DNA of 63,692 nucleotides, the filler included, from Stramenopiles sp. TOSAG23-6 (Eukaryota), in NCBI GenBank assembly GCA_900128565.1. It is 27 parts of 27 records of this genome, joined end to end, with 100 filler letters (N's around TTAATTAATTAA, not from the genome) between each part and the next. Parts side by side here need not be neighbours in the genome. Positions count along the whole stretch, not along the records: positions 1 to 2,276 come from LT638159.1; positions 2,377 to 4,652 come from LT638160.1; positions 4,753 to 7,028 come from LT638161.1; positions 7,129 to 9,402 come from LT638162.1; positions 9,503 to 11,776 come from LT638163.1; 22 more parts are not named here. One strand, given 5' to 3'. Position numbers and translations under genes: made by a program. Numbering within the stretch: position 1 is the first letter of the stretch; every line of letters begins with the position of its first letter. Below are positions 1-11,776 of the stretch, piece by piece. The notes under the pieces are model-generated. The model was not told the origin of the DNA. It saw only the letters and a program-made list of their open reading frames with translations, and did not search any database.

Positions 1-546
1 TGTCCATGGGATGAAGAAACGTGTAGTAGTCCAGCTGAATATGGTCACTTGGAAGTATTAAAATGGTTAAGAAGTCAAAACCCACCTTGTCCTTGGGATG
101 AAGTAACGTGTTCTCGAGCAGCTGGAAATGGTCAGTTGGAAGTATTAAAATTGGTAAGAAGTCAAAACCCACCTTGTCCATGGGATGAAGAAACGTGTAG
201 TGGTGCAGCTTGGAGAGGTAGTTTAGAAATATTGAAATGGGTAAGAAGTCAAAATCCACCTTGTCCGTGGGATAAAGATACGTGTCGTTTAGCGGCTCGA
301 AGTGGTCACTTAGAAGTATTGAAATGGGCAAGAAGTCAAAATCCACCTTGTCCATGGGATGAATATACGTGTTGTGGTGCAGCTGGGTGTGGTCGCTTAG
401 AAGTATTGAAATGGTTAAGAAGTCAAAATCCTCCTTGTCCGTGGAATGAAGAAACGTTTAATAATGCAGTTCTACTTAATCACTTAGAAGTAGTTAAATG
501 GTTAAAAGAGGTGAGAGCACCAGGTTCTGAAAATTTGAATTTCTGA
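1..546 (+). CDS. Ankyrin-like repeat protein, C-terminal fragment
   Basis: Tandem 27-aa repeats 'CPWDEETCSxAAxxGHLEVLKWxRSQNPP'; stop at 544-546; 5'-truncated at the window start. Confidence 0.85.
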   Translation, partial: CPWDEETCSSPAEYGHLEVLKWLRSQNPPCPWDEVTCSRAAGNGQLEVLKLVRSQNPPCPWDEETCSGAAWRGSLEILKWVRSQNPPCPWDKDTCRLAARSGHLEVLKWARSQNPPCPWDEYTCCGAAGCGRLEVLKWLRSQNPPCPWNEETFNNAVLLNHLEVVKWLKEVRAPGSENLNF

Positions 547-679
547 AAAATGAACTAATTTAATATTTTTTTTAATTTCTGATTTCGAGATGAATGAAAA
601 TTTCTAAAAATTAAACTAATTTAATATTTTTTTAATTTATGATTTTGAGATTAAATCGTATCCTAGAAGTATTTTTCAT

Positions 680-2276
680 CTAATATCGTTTATTCTTTTG
701 TTTTTTTTTCTTATTATTACTAAACCCAAGTCCACCTAGATTTTGATTTCGTGCAGTCGCTGACATTATCTTCCATAAATCTCTACTTTTTTGAGAGGAT
801 GATGTGCTGCTATTTTTTTTTGTATTGGATTTGTCTTTATTATCACTACTTTTTGATATAGAATTGCTATGATTATATACACGAAACATTCTATTATCAT
901 ACAATTTTTCTATGTCAGAAGAACTCCAAACATTTGATGAAGAACTTGTATCAATCATAGCCGAAAGCAATTTATTATCAAATGGTCTACCATGCATTGC
1001 CGTTACGCATTCACTGGAAGACATTGATGATTTGAATGTGACTTGTACAGCTCCCTCAAATTTTGAATTAGGTAAACATTTGATAGTCTTCACTGGGCCA
1101 TATTTCATACATTCTACTAAAAAGTCTTTCTCAATATCTTGAAGGAATTTAATATTTTCCGATTGCTGTCTAGAAAACACATTTGAAATTAAAACAGACC
1201 TACTCTTTCGTACTACAACTTCAGAACTCAGTTTTTGATATCTTTGTGTCACATTAGTAGTATAAGGAGACACATTTGATCGAATTGAACTATTAGGTAT
1301 ATAATCAGCAACAAGACGTGGCTTATTTTCAATATATTTCCGACCATGGAGATAATCAGCACATACTTTTGCAATTTCCTCTTTTCTAAATGCAATCAAA
1401 ATCGATCCATTATACAAGACATCTACTGAATGTATAGCACTAATACTTTGGCAAGCAGCATGTATTAGCTTAGTAATATTATCTAAACCCAAAATTGCAT
1501 TTGGTGTTAGAAAATTTTCCTTTAGAATGTCATAAAGATGCTGATTATCAATATCTAAATTCTTTGAAGAAAATGAATTATTCCTAAAGTCATTCTCCGG
1601 GTCAAAAGCTTCAATTAATACAACTGTCGCTAGAGTTGTTGACTTTTTTGTTGTAGGGCCCATTAAATTATAAATAGCTCGATTTTGTTTCGTTTTTACA
1701 GCATTTAATTGACTATTTATTTCCACGGACTTTGTAGAGAGTTTTGATTGTTTCTTTTCAATAGTACTACTGTTACTCGTTGTACTACTTTTAGCAAAAT
1801 TCGCTTTTTTTACTTTCAGAAGAAAACCTGGAGAAAAATCTTGATTATCAAATCGATTTACTGCTCGTGTGCAACACTCAATGGTTTCATAAATGACTAA
1901 AGCGTCACCTTTTGGTACACCACTAGCATCAAGATACAATTTTGTTTTTATAACATTTCCCACGCGTGTAAAGAGTTTTTCAATATCACACGATTTAGCT
2001 GTTGGAGGAATGCCAGTAATATACACTGAAGTGTTAACACGATTTGTTCCAGTCGTTTTTTTCTTTTTTCTTTTTTTTTCACCCTGATCATATCTACCAT
2101 CGTACGCACAGAGAGTACCTGATTCTCTCTGATCCTTTGCAATACGACGACGTTTTGAAACAAGATTGTCATCCCCTTGTGAATAATTTTTACTACTCTG
2201 AGAAGAAGAATCTACATTAATACACATATACTTTTCTGCAGCTTCAATATTTCGTCTAATAGCCGCATCCAAACGA
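680..2276 (-). CDS. HTATSF1: Tat-SF1/Cus2-like U2 snRNP-associated RRM+UHM splicing factor, probably 5'-partial
   Basis: RRM 'NTSVYITGIPP...KTKLYLDASGVPKGDALVIY' and C-terminal UHM 'SVLISNVF...DIEKDFLVECMKYGPV...EGAVQVTF...AMHGRPFDNKLL'. Confidence 0.7.
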
Positions 2277-2376
2277 NNNNNNNNNNNNNNNNNNNNNNNN
2301 NNNNNNNNNNNNNNNNNNNNTTAATTAATTAANNNNNNNNNNNNNNNNNNNNNNNNNNNNNNNNNNNNNNNNNNNN
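2277..2376. other. Artificial contig spacer N44-TTAATTAATTAA-N44 (26 such spacers in the window)
   Basis: The same 100-nt linker with stops in all six frames recurs every ~2.35 kb; contig lengths fall from 2276 to 2244 nt. Confidence 0.98.
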
Positions 2377-2433
2377 AAAAAATTTCTAAAAAAAAAAAAA
2401 AAATTCTAAAAAATAATAATAATAATAACATAC

Positions 2434-2591
2434 ACTCCTCCAGCAGTTCTTCGTTTCTTATTATTTTGAATAGTAAATAACCCACCAGATGCTTCAATGG
2501 CTAAAGTTTGTCGTAACACTCTCCCAGATATTGTCTTTCCAGCTCGTTTTACACATCGAACAATAATATCAACTTTTTTTTCTTTTGTAAA
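2434..2591 (-). CDS. PHAX: Exon encoding a PHAX RNA-binding domain (duplicate at 9560-9717)
   Basis: Translates 'KEKKVDIIVRCVKRAGKTISGRVLRQTLAIEASGGLFTIQNNKKRRTAGGV', matching the PHAX 'T..IE..GG.......RRTPGGVF' motif; flanked by motif introns. Confidence 0.75.
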
Positions 2592-2689
2592 ATGTAATTT
2601 TGAAAAAATATTTAAAAAAAAAAATTTTTGTTAGGTACAAAATTACGTACAAAAAAAAAAAATCGAATTTGAAAAAAAATAAAACATAC

Positions 2690-3621
2690 ACAAGCATATG
2701 AAAATCATGAGCAATATAACCTAAAAAGAACCCATTTACAGAAGTAATCAAATCTAGTTTTTTTCCTGCACGAATAGCATCAATATTAGATTGTACTGCT
2801 TTTGAGTAATCTCCAATTTGAACATATATGTGACTTGGCATATGTAATAAATGACCAGCATCTGGTACAACCGGAAGGTTACGATTCGTTCCTTTTAGAG
2901 CATCACAAACTTGAGATAAATATTGTCCTTGAAGGTTTTTAGACATTTCCATTAAGTGAATGTAAAAGTGGCAAAGTCCTGGGTGCATTGGATTAATATC
3001 AAGACCACGCTCAAGGACGCTTTGAATCTCTCGAGGATTTGGACAACGAGAAATTCCCTCCATTTCTATAGGCGGGTCCCATAGTTTCCAAGGGCGAAGG
3101 TCCATGAGAGATGATGCATAAATTGCACATACGTCAGCATCATTCGGAAATTCAGAGAGAACATCTTTCATTGCATCAGCAAACGCCTTATTTAGGTGAT
3201 GCCACGATGAGCAAGGAGGCCACGTGTACCGAAGTTGCATAGCTTCAATCAAAGCGACTTCAACTTTGGGCAATGGAGCTCCAGACGTTTCTCCTTCAAC
3301 CTTTAATATACATGCTTTCTGTATAGCCTCAAATGCGAGTTTTATAGAGGGGAAACCCGTTTCTTGGGCGGCGAGTGAATAATATCCAGAATCAACATTT
3401 AAATTATAGTTTGGACCATTTGCATAAGATATACCCCAATAAGCCATAGCGCATTTAGGATCATAGTGTAATGCTCTCTCAAAACAAATTATAGCTTCTT
3501 CGTGGTGAAACGCAAACGACCAAACCATTCCCCGATCAAACCAACGCTGAGCCTCAGAACTAGTGCTTGAGATTGTTCGACTGTATTTACCTAAATCAAA
3601 ATCATATTTTGTACTACCCAT
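2690..3621 (-). CDS. TPR-repeat protein of the bacterial/fungal 'AQRWFDRG...FHHEEA' family, first exon (duplicate at 9816-10747)
   Basis: Motifs 'EAQRWFDRGMVWSFAFHHEEAI', 'CAMAYWGISYANGPNYN', 'HPGLCHFYIHLME', 'AGHLLHMPSHIY'; ends at a GTATGT donor at 2689. Confidence 0.8.
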
Positions 3622-4014
3622 AGTAATCGTAAATTGTATCAAATTGGTTTTGAAACTAAAAAGATATTATATCTATTATGCGATACGCTTTTGTTTACCC
3701 TCGTAAAGTGACTGATGAATCGTCGTTGAGGATGCTACAAGTAAGAATGTTAAGTGACTGCTTCAAGCTTAGTAGGGTAGCAGCTATGAAATACATAAAA
3801 AACATTATCAAATGAAATTATTGTATTGGCCAAATGAATGACCGCCGCTCCAGATGACCGCTCAAAAACATTTGAATATTTTTCGGATGACGTCATTCCA
3901 TTCATCATCGCATCTATCGTTTATAAACTAATCAAAAAATTTAGTAGCTATAAAAAATTTGTTTATTTCGTTCACCTTCAATTCTATTAAAAAAAATCCT
4001 ATTGTAGATTACGT

Positions 4015-4584
4015 TTACAAAGGTCTTCGAAATCTGTCTCCAATATATTCACACTGATCTTTCATTTCTTCTTCAATCTCACATAGTCGATTCCACTTTG
4101 ATATATATCCGCATCCACGAATACCATTTGATTTTATTTGACCAATTTGTACACCAACAGCATGTAGTATGAAAAAAAAATTTTAATTGTTGAAAAAAAT
4201 CGTTAGGTACAAAATTTCGTATGAAAATAAATAAAATTGAAATTCATGATGAAAACGTACAAGATCAGCTAAAAAATTATCTGAAGTATCTCCAACAGGA
4301 ATTGATATTGCAGTTCCCCAGCCTTCTTGTTCAATAAGAGATATGTATTTTGTAAAAATATTTCAAAAAAAAAAATCTAAAAATTTTTGTTAGGTACAAA
4401 ATTTCGTATAAAAAAAAAAAAATCGATTTTTTTGTAAAAAAAAAATAAAATGTACATATGTGTGAAGATTTCTGTCAATGATGACATTTTATTCAAGTCC
4501 AATGCAACTCCATTGCAAGCTTTTTCTTTTATAGCCATCTCTAATTGTTGTGAGTCTCCACTTATGAAATTATTTCCAAGTATC
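4015..4584 (-). CDS. Enolase-like protein (divergent, ENO4-type), last three exons: 4456-4584, 4261-4342, 4015-4161 (duplicate at 11141-11710)
   Basis: Spliced translation '...AIKEKACNGVALDLNKMSSLTEIFTH-ISLIEQEGWGTAISIPVGDTSDNFLADL-AVGVQIGQIKSNGIRGCGYISKWNRLCEIEEEMKDQCEYIGDRFRRPL*' aligns to the enolase C-terminus. Confidence 0.8.
4162..4260 (-). other. Non-canonical GT-AT intron (99 nt)
   Basis: GTACGT...CATACGAAATTTTGTACCTAAC...CATACTACAT; contains an in-frame TAA and no AG; removal restores enolase 'ADL|AVG'. Confidence 0.85.
4343..4455 (-). other. Non-canonical GT-AT intron (113 nt)
   Basis: GTACAT...TATACGAAATTTTGTACCTAAC...TTTACAAAATACAT; removal restores frame (H-I-S-L). Confidence 0.8.
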
Positions 4585-4808
4585 ATGGATTTTGTAAAAA
4601 TATTTCAAAAAAAAAACTTAAATTTGTTAGGTACAAAATTTCGTACGAAAAANNNNNNNNNNNNNNNNNNNNNNNNNNNNNNNNNNNNNNNNNNNNTTAA
4701 TTAATTAANNNNNNNNNNNNNNNNNNNNNNNNNNNNNNNNNNNNNNNNNNNNATTTTGTACCTAACAAATTTTCAATTTTTTTTTTTAAATATTTTTCCA
4801 AAATACAT

Positions 4809-5578
4809 TTCTTGTGATATTTTGGTTTATTAATAGACATGTATGTTTTTTTAATTATAGTACAAAATTTTGTACCTAACGAAAATTTCATATTTTTTTT
4901 TTTAACATTTTTTTTTAAAGTATAGTACAAAATTTTGTACCTAACAAAAATTTCATAATTTTTTTCAACATTTTTCATACAAAATTGTATACTTAACAAT
5001 TTTTTTTTTTTTTTTACTACAAAATTTTGTACCTAACCATTTAAATGTATTGAAAAACAATTCACAATATATGAAAATTATGCTTGGATATTTCAGGATA
5101 TTTTTGCTGTTCTTATTTGTTGCACTTTTTTATTAATAATTCGTGTTCAAAATTTAAAAGTCGTTACAATTTTATTAATTGTATTTTTTGTGTACGATAT
5201 TTTTATGGTTTTTATTTCACCTTTGATGTACGTTTTTTTTTTTTTTTTTCAAAAAAATGTATATGAATTTTTTAAAATTTTTTTTCAAAAATTTTTTTTC
5301 AAAATTTTTTTTCAAAATTTTTTTTTCAAAATTTTTTTTCAAAATTTTGTATAATTTTGAAATATTCTTCACAAAATTTTTTTGGTACATCAGTTATGAT
5401 GGAAGTTGCTACTGGTGGTGAAGCTGGACAGGATCATTATACAACTAATACTGGTAAAGATAATGAGAGTAACAAATGTGAATTTATTCCTGGTGAAAAA
5501 ATGCCAATGTATTTTTTTATTATTATTTTTTCAATTTTTTTTTTTCGTACGAAATTTTGTACCTAACAAATTTCAAAA

Positions 5579-5613
<35 letters not shown>

Positions 5614-6914
5614 NNNNNNNNNNNNNNNNNNNNNNNNNNNNNNNNNNNNNNNNNNNNNNNNNNNNNNNNNNNNNNNNNNNNNNNNNNNNNNNNNNNNNNN
5701 NNNNNNNNNNNNNNNNNNNNNNNNNNNNNNNNNNNNNNNNNNNNNNNNNNNNNNNNNNNNNNNNNNNNNNNNNNNCTTTTTTCCCATCATTGATTCAAAA
5801 AAAAAAAAAAAAAAAAAATTTGAATTTTTTTTTTTTTTGGTTTCGTACGAAATTTTGTACCTAAGGATTTTTTTTCATTTTCAAAAAAAAAAAAAAAAAA
5901 AAATATTTTTCCAAAATACAGAATCGATTCGGTGGTTTTTGGCCAACACGAAATATTATGTATAAAATGTACGAATGCTTGTATAGACATTTTTGTATAT
6001 GTAACAATCCTACTCCTCTTCAAAACCCTAACCCTACTCGGTCAGCTGTGGATGTCCAATCGACTACATCGTCCACTGTAGGGTTAGGGTTAGGGATACA
6101 ATCCAATGAAAACGTTTCTAGATATCGACAAAATACACGAAATCTTGAAAATTATGAAAATACACGAAATCGACGAATAAGTTCTGATGATGGTTTTAGT
6201 ACAGATGGTTTAATTGTCGTTACACAATATGGTTATTTTCCATATTTAGTATTTTGGTACGCAATTGGTTTAGGATTAGCTCTTTTAGCAAATTATTTCA
6301 AATTAACATTTTTAGGTGTTCAAGGCCAACCAGCATTAATGTATTTTTTATTTATTTTTTTTTTCAAAATTTTTTTTTTCAAAATTTTTTTTTTTCAAAA
6401 TTTTTTTCAAAATTTTTTTCAAAATTTTTTTTTCAAATTTTTTTTTTCATACGAAATTTCATACCTAACGATTTTTTTGTGATTTTGTGTTTTTTTTTCA
6501 CAATACATGTATATTGTTCCTTGTACTATTATTCCATTTATTGTCATGGCTTATCGGAATAATCATTTAAGTTCATTATGGGATGGTACAGCTTTGCATA
6601 AAGATGAAGTACGTTTTGTGTTTTTCATGTTTGAATTTCTTTGTAAAAAAAAAAATTTAAAATTTAAAATTTAAAATTTTTTTTTTTTGAAAAATTTTTT
6701 GAAATTTTTTTTGTCCTAAAATTTTTTTTTTTTGAAATATTGTTGAAAACAAATGAACGATATCGTCAATTACGATTACCACAATCCCAGTACCGGGATT
6801 CCATTGAAGATTTATCTATACCAACAAACACATCACCATCTAAAACACGAAATCGTTTAAGTGATGTGAGTATACAAAACATTCAGTATAGTTTAAGCAA
6901 TGACAATGTGAATA
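4809..6914 (+). CDS. Signal peptide peptidase-like (A22B) aspartic protease, partial; exons 4809-4840, 5073-5227, 5380-5508, 5922-6340, 6509-6608, ~6755-6914
   Basis: Spliced motifs 'RH|ENYAWIFQD', 'VYDIFMVFISPL|FGTSVMMEVATGG', 'GQPALM|YIVPCT'. The GLGD exon is presumably in the N gap; the last exon boundaries are approximate. Confidence 0.85.
4841..5072 (+). other. GT-AT intron with four tandem copies of the branch motif
   Basis: GTATGT donor; TACAAAATTTTGTACCTAAC-like units near 4861, 4926, 4978 and 5018; ends TTCACAATATAT|GAA. Confidence 0.8.
6341..6508 (+). other. Non-canonical GT-AT intron (168 nt)
   Basis: GTATTT...CATACGAAATTTCATACCTAAC...TTCACAATACAT; removal gives the SPP motif 'QPALMYIVP'. 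Confidence 0.85.
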
Positions 6915-6984
6915 GTATTTATTTTCATCATGAATTTATTAATTTATTTTTTTCAAAAAAAATTTCAATGATTTTATTTTACAA

Positions 6985-7019
<35 letters not shown>

Positions 7020-7128
7020 TAAAAAATTNNNNNNNNNNNNNNNNNNNNNNNNNNNNNNNNNNNNNNNNNNNNTTAATTAATTAANNNNNNNNNNNNNNNN
7101 NNNNNNNNNNNNNNNNNNNNNNNNNNNN

Positions 7129-9402
7129 CATACGAAATTTCGTACCTAACGATTTTTTTTTGAAATATTTTTTCACAATACTTTTTGTCCCCTCCGCTGT
7201 AAGTTTATGTGGTAAAATTCTTGAAATTTCTGTTGGTGAAGTTCATTTTGTGAGCTTTCCTGTTTGTATTCAAAGTATCGATGATGAAAATTCTATTTAT
7301 GAAAAACAATTTGGGATATCTGTTACATCTGACGTTTCATTATCATCACGATTGGACATTTTGTCAATGAACAAAATTAACAAAATTTCGATAAATAGTC
7401 CAAAAACGAACACTGTCACAGATACTACATCTTTAGTAGGAACCAACACTTTTATGAATAAACATGAAGAAGATTTAACATCAAGTAGTGATGATGAAAG
7501 TTCAGAATCTTCTACAAATATTTCTACATCTAACTCTTCCGTTAACCCTACTAACCCTAACCCTAAAGACACTCGTGAGGAAGATAAAAACTCTCACAAG
7601 GAAGTAAATTGTTCTCAGACTCACAATCGTGATACGATCAAGAATAAATGTAATATAAGCTTATGTCGTTCCATCAGTGGAACTCAAAGAAAAATAACAC
7701 GATTTAATGTTGTATTTATGTTTAAAACAAAAAATAACAAAAAGTTGCATTGTCATTTTTTGAGACAAATTCGACGAATAGCTACTTCTATCGGAAATGC
7801 ATTAAAATTGGAAGAAATTCATCATCAATATGTAACGAAAGCGAGCTGTAGATTATTACGTTTACGTGCATCTTTATATGGTAAAATACACTCTTCAAAT
7901 TCTGGAATTTTGCATACATTTGGTGTAGTAAACGTGGGCGATCCTTCAGGTAACCCAGAAAATAATCTTAAAAAAGCAGAACAAGCTGCAACGACGAGTA
8001 TTTCATCTCTGTCGGTGTTACAGGAATCCTCAACAAGACCCAAAACACAAAATTTAAGTAAAGACATTCATCCAACATCGTCATCAGCATTATCATATTC
8101 GGAGAGTAAAGGTCTCACTATAGTCCGTGAATTTAAAGAAATTTTTGTTGGTTTAAATAGTCCTCGTGGAACTGTCCAATTTATGTACGTTTTCAAAATT
8201 GAATGTTTTTTTTTTTTTTTTTTTTTTTTTTTTACGTAATTTTTTCCTTAATTTTTTTTTTTTTTAAAAAAAAAAAAAATTAAGGAAAAAATTACGTAAA
8301 AAAAAAAAAAAAAAAAAAAAAAAAACATTCAATTTTGAAAACGTACATAAATTGGACAGTTCCACGAGGACTATTTAAACCAACAAAAATTTCTTTAAAT
8401 TCACGGACTATAGTGAGACCTTTACTCTCCGAATATGATAATGCTGATGACGATGTTGGATGAATGTCTTTACTTAAATTTTGTGTTTTGGGTCTTGTTG
8501 AGGATTCCTGTAACACCGACAGAGATGAAATACTCGTCGTTGCAGCTTGTTCTGCTTTTTTAAGATTATTTTCTGGGTTACCTGAAGGATCGCCCACGTT
8601 TACTACACCAAATGTATGCAAAATTCCAGAATTTGAAGAGTGTATTTTACCATATAAAGATGCACGTAAACGTAATAATCTACAGCTCGCTTTCGTTACA
8701 TATTGATGATGAATTTCTTCCAATTTTAATGCATTTCCGATAGAAGTAGCTATTCGTCGAATTTGTCTCAAAAAATGACAATGCAACTTTTTGTTATTTT
8801 TTGTTTTAAACATAAATACAACATTAAATCGTGTTATTTTTCTTTGAGTTCCACTGATGGAACGACATAAGCTTATATTACATTTATTCTTGATCGTATC
8901 ACGATTGTGAGTCTGAGAACAATTTACTTCCTTGTGAGAGTTTTTATCTTCCTCACGAGTGTCTTTAGGGTTAGGGTTAGTAGGGTTAACGGAAGAGTTA
9001 GATGTAGAAATATTTGTAGAAGATTCTGAACTTTCATCATCACTACTTGATGTTAAATCTTCTTCATGTTTATTCATAAAAGTGTTGGTTCCTACTAAAG
9101 ATGTAGTATCTGTGACAGTGTTCGTTTTTGGACTATTTATCGAAATTTTGTTAATTTTGTTCATTGACAAAATGTCCAATCGTGATGATAATGAAACGTC
9201 AGATGTAACAGATATCCCAAATTGTTTTTCATAAATAGAATTTTCATCATCGATACTTTGAATACAAACAGGAAAGCTCACAAAATGAACTTCACCAACA
9301 GAAATTTCAAGAATTTTACCACATAAACTTACAGCGGAGGGGACAAAAAGTATTGTGAAAAAATATTTCAAAAAAAAATCGTTAGGTACGAAATTTCGTA
9401 TG
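7129..9402. repeat. Whole-contig perfect inverted duplication (fold-back centred near 8265)
   Basis: Identical 359-aa ORFs on both strands; the two halves are reverse complements meeting in a poly-T/poly-A tract. Confidence 0.95.
7184..8184 (+). CDS. NPRL3: NPRL3-like (GATOR1 subunit) internal exon; inverted duplicate at 8347-9347
   Basis: 'FVPSAVSLCGKILEISVGEVHFVSFP', 'FNVVFMF', 'IATSIGNALKLEEIHHQYVTK' resemble the NPR3 longin region; acceptor ends ACAATACTT, donor GTACGT at 8185. Confidence 0.65.
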
Positions 9403-9502
9403 NNNNNNNNNNNNNNNNNNNNNNNNNNNNNNNNNNNNNNNNNNNNTTAATTAATTAANNNNNNNNNNNNNNNNNNNNNNNNNNNNNNNNNNNNNNNNNN
9501 NN

Positions 9503-11776
9503 AAAAAATTTCTAAAAAAAAAAAAAAAATTCTAAAAAATAATAATAATAATAACATACACTCCTCCAGCAGTTCTTCGTTTCTTATTATTTTGAATAGT
9601 AAATAACCCACCAGATGCTTCAATGGCTAAAGTTTGTCGTAACACTCTCCCAGATATTGTCTTTCCAGCTCGTTTTACACATCGAACAATAATATCAACT
9701 TTTTTTTCTTTTGTAAAATGTAATTTTGAAAAAATATTTAAAAAAAAAAATTTTTGTTAGGTACAAAATTACGTACAAAAAAAAAAAATCGAATTTGAAA
9801 AAAAATAAAACATACACAAGCATATGAAAATCATGAGCAATATAACCTAAAAAGAACCCATTTACAGAAGTAATCAAATCTAGTTTTTTTCCTGCACGAA
9901 TAGCATCAATATTAGATTGTACTGCTTTTGAGTAATCTCCAATTTGAACATATATGTGACTTGGCATATGTAATAAATGACCAGCATCTGGTACAACCGG
10001 AAGGTTACGATTCGTTCCTTTTAGAGCATCACAAACTTGAGATAAATATTGTCCTTGAAGGTTTTTAGACATTTCCATTAAGTGAATGTAAAAGTGGCAA
10101 AGTCCTGGGTGCATTGGATTAATATCAAGACCACGCTCAAGGACGCTTTGAATCTCTCGAGGATTTGGACAACGAGAAATTCCCTCCATTTCTATAGGCG
10201 GGTCCCATAGTTTCCAAGGGCGAAGGTCCATGAGAGATGATGCATAAATTGCACATACGTCAGCATCATTCGGAAATTCAGAGAGAACATCTTTCATTGC
10301 ATCAGCAAACGCCTTATTTAGGTGATGCCACGATGAGCAAGGAGGCCACGTGTACCGAAGTTGCATAGCTTCAATCAAAGCGACTTCAACTTTGGGCAAT
10401 GGAGCTCCAGACGTTTCTCCTTCAACCTTTAATATACATGCTTTCTGTATAGCCTCAAATGCGAGTTTTATAGAGGGGAAACCCGTTTCTTGGGCGGCGA
10501 GTGAATAATATCCAGAATCAACATTTAAATTATAGTTTGGACCATTTGCATAAGATATACCCCAATAAGCCATAGCGCATTTAGGATCATAGTGTAATGC
10601 TCTCTCAAAACAAATTATAGCTTCTTCGTGGTGAAACGCAAACGACCAAACCATTCCCCGATCAAACCAACGCTGAGCCTCAGAACTAGTGCTTGAGATT
10701 GTTCGACTGTATTTACCTAAATCAAAATCATATTTTGTACTACCCATAGTAATCGTAAATTGTATCAAATTGGTTTTGAAACTAAAAAGATATTATATCT
10801 ATTATGCGATACGCTTTTGTTTACCCTCGTAAAGTGACTGATGAATCGTCGTTGAGGATGCTACAAGTAAGAATGTTAAGTGACTGCTTCAAGCTTAGTA
10901 GGGTAGCAGCTATGAAATACATAAAAAACATTATCAAATGAAATTATTGTATTGGCCAAATGAATGACCGCCGCTCCAGATGACCGCTCAAAAACATTTG
11001 AATATTTTTCGGATGACGTCATTCCATTCATCATCGCATCTATCGTTTATAAACTAATCAAAAAATTTAGTAGCTATAAAAAATTTGTTTATTTCGTTCA
11101 CCTTCAATTCTATTAAAAAAAATCCTATTGTAGATTACGTTTACAAAGGTCTTCGAAATCTGTCTCCAATATATTCACACTGATCTTTCATTTCTTCTTC
11201 AATCTCACATAGTCGATTCCACTTTGATATATATCCGCATCCACGAATACCATTTGATTTTATTTGACCAATTTGTACACCAACAGCATGTAGTATGAAA
11301 AAAAAATTTTAATTGTTGAAAAAAATCGTTAGGTACAAAATTTCGTATGAAAATAAATAAAATTGAAATTCATGATGAAAACGTACAAGATCAGCTAAAA
11401 AATTATCTGAAGTATCTCCAACAGGAATTGATATTGCAGTTCCCCAGCCTTCTTGTTCAATAAGAGATATGTATTTTGTAAAAATATTTCAAAAAAAAAA
11501 ATCTAAAAATTTTTGTTAGGTACAAAATTTCGTATAAAAAAAAAAAAATCGATTTTTTTGTAAAAAAAAAATAAAATGTACATATGTGTGAAGATTTCTG
11601 TCAATGATGACATTTTATTCAAGTCCAATGCAACTCCATTGCAAGCTTTTTCTTTTATAGCCATCTCTAATTGTTGTGAGTCTCCACTTATGAAATTATT
11701 TCCAAGTATCATGGATTTTGTAAAAATATTTCAAAAAAAAAACTTAAATTTGTTAGGTACAAAATTTCGTACGAAA
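9503..11776. repeat. Exact duplicate of contig 2377-4652
   Basis: Same ORFs at an offset of +7126; sequence identical by eye. Confidence 0.95.

Noticed and set aside
1-546. Giant-virus insertion suggested by the CPW-type ankyrin repeats
   Set aside because: This repeat family also occurs in algal and protist nuclear genomes, and no viral core genes are in the window.
2277-2376. TTAATTAATTAA motif as a biological repeat, and gene neighbourhoods across it
   Set aside because: Artificial concatenation linker; contigs are length-sorted, so adjacency carries no meaning.
6339-6506. U12-type AT-AC intron reading (shifting both boundaries by -2)
   Set aside because: It works only where AT flanks both ends. 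Elsewhere it gives TT-, GT- or AA- starts and damages conserved residues (enolase ADL to ADH, BBS1 SG to SD). The U12 donor RTATCCTT is absent.
7129-9402. Giant palindrome as a hairpin telomere or amplification structure
   Set aside because: Perfect identity with the fold in a poly-T/poly-A intron tract fits an assembly or whole-genome-amplification artefact.
9503-11776. Recent segmental duplication
   Set aside because: Identical redundant contig with essentially the same ends as 2377-4652.
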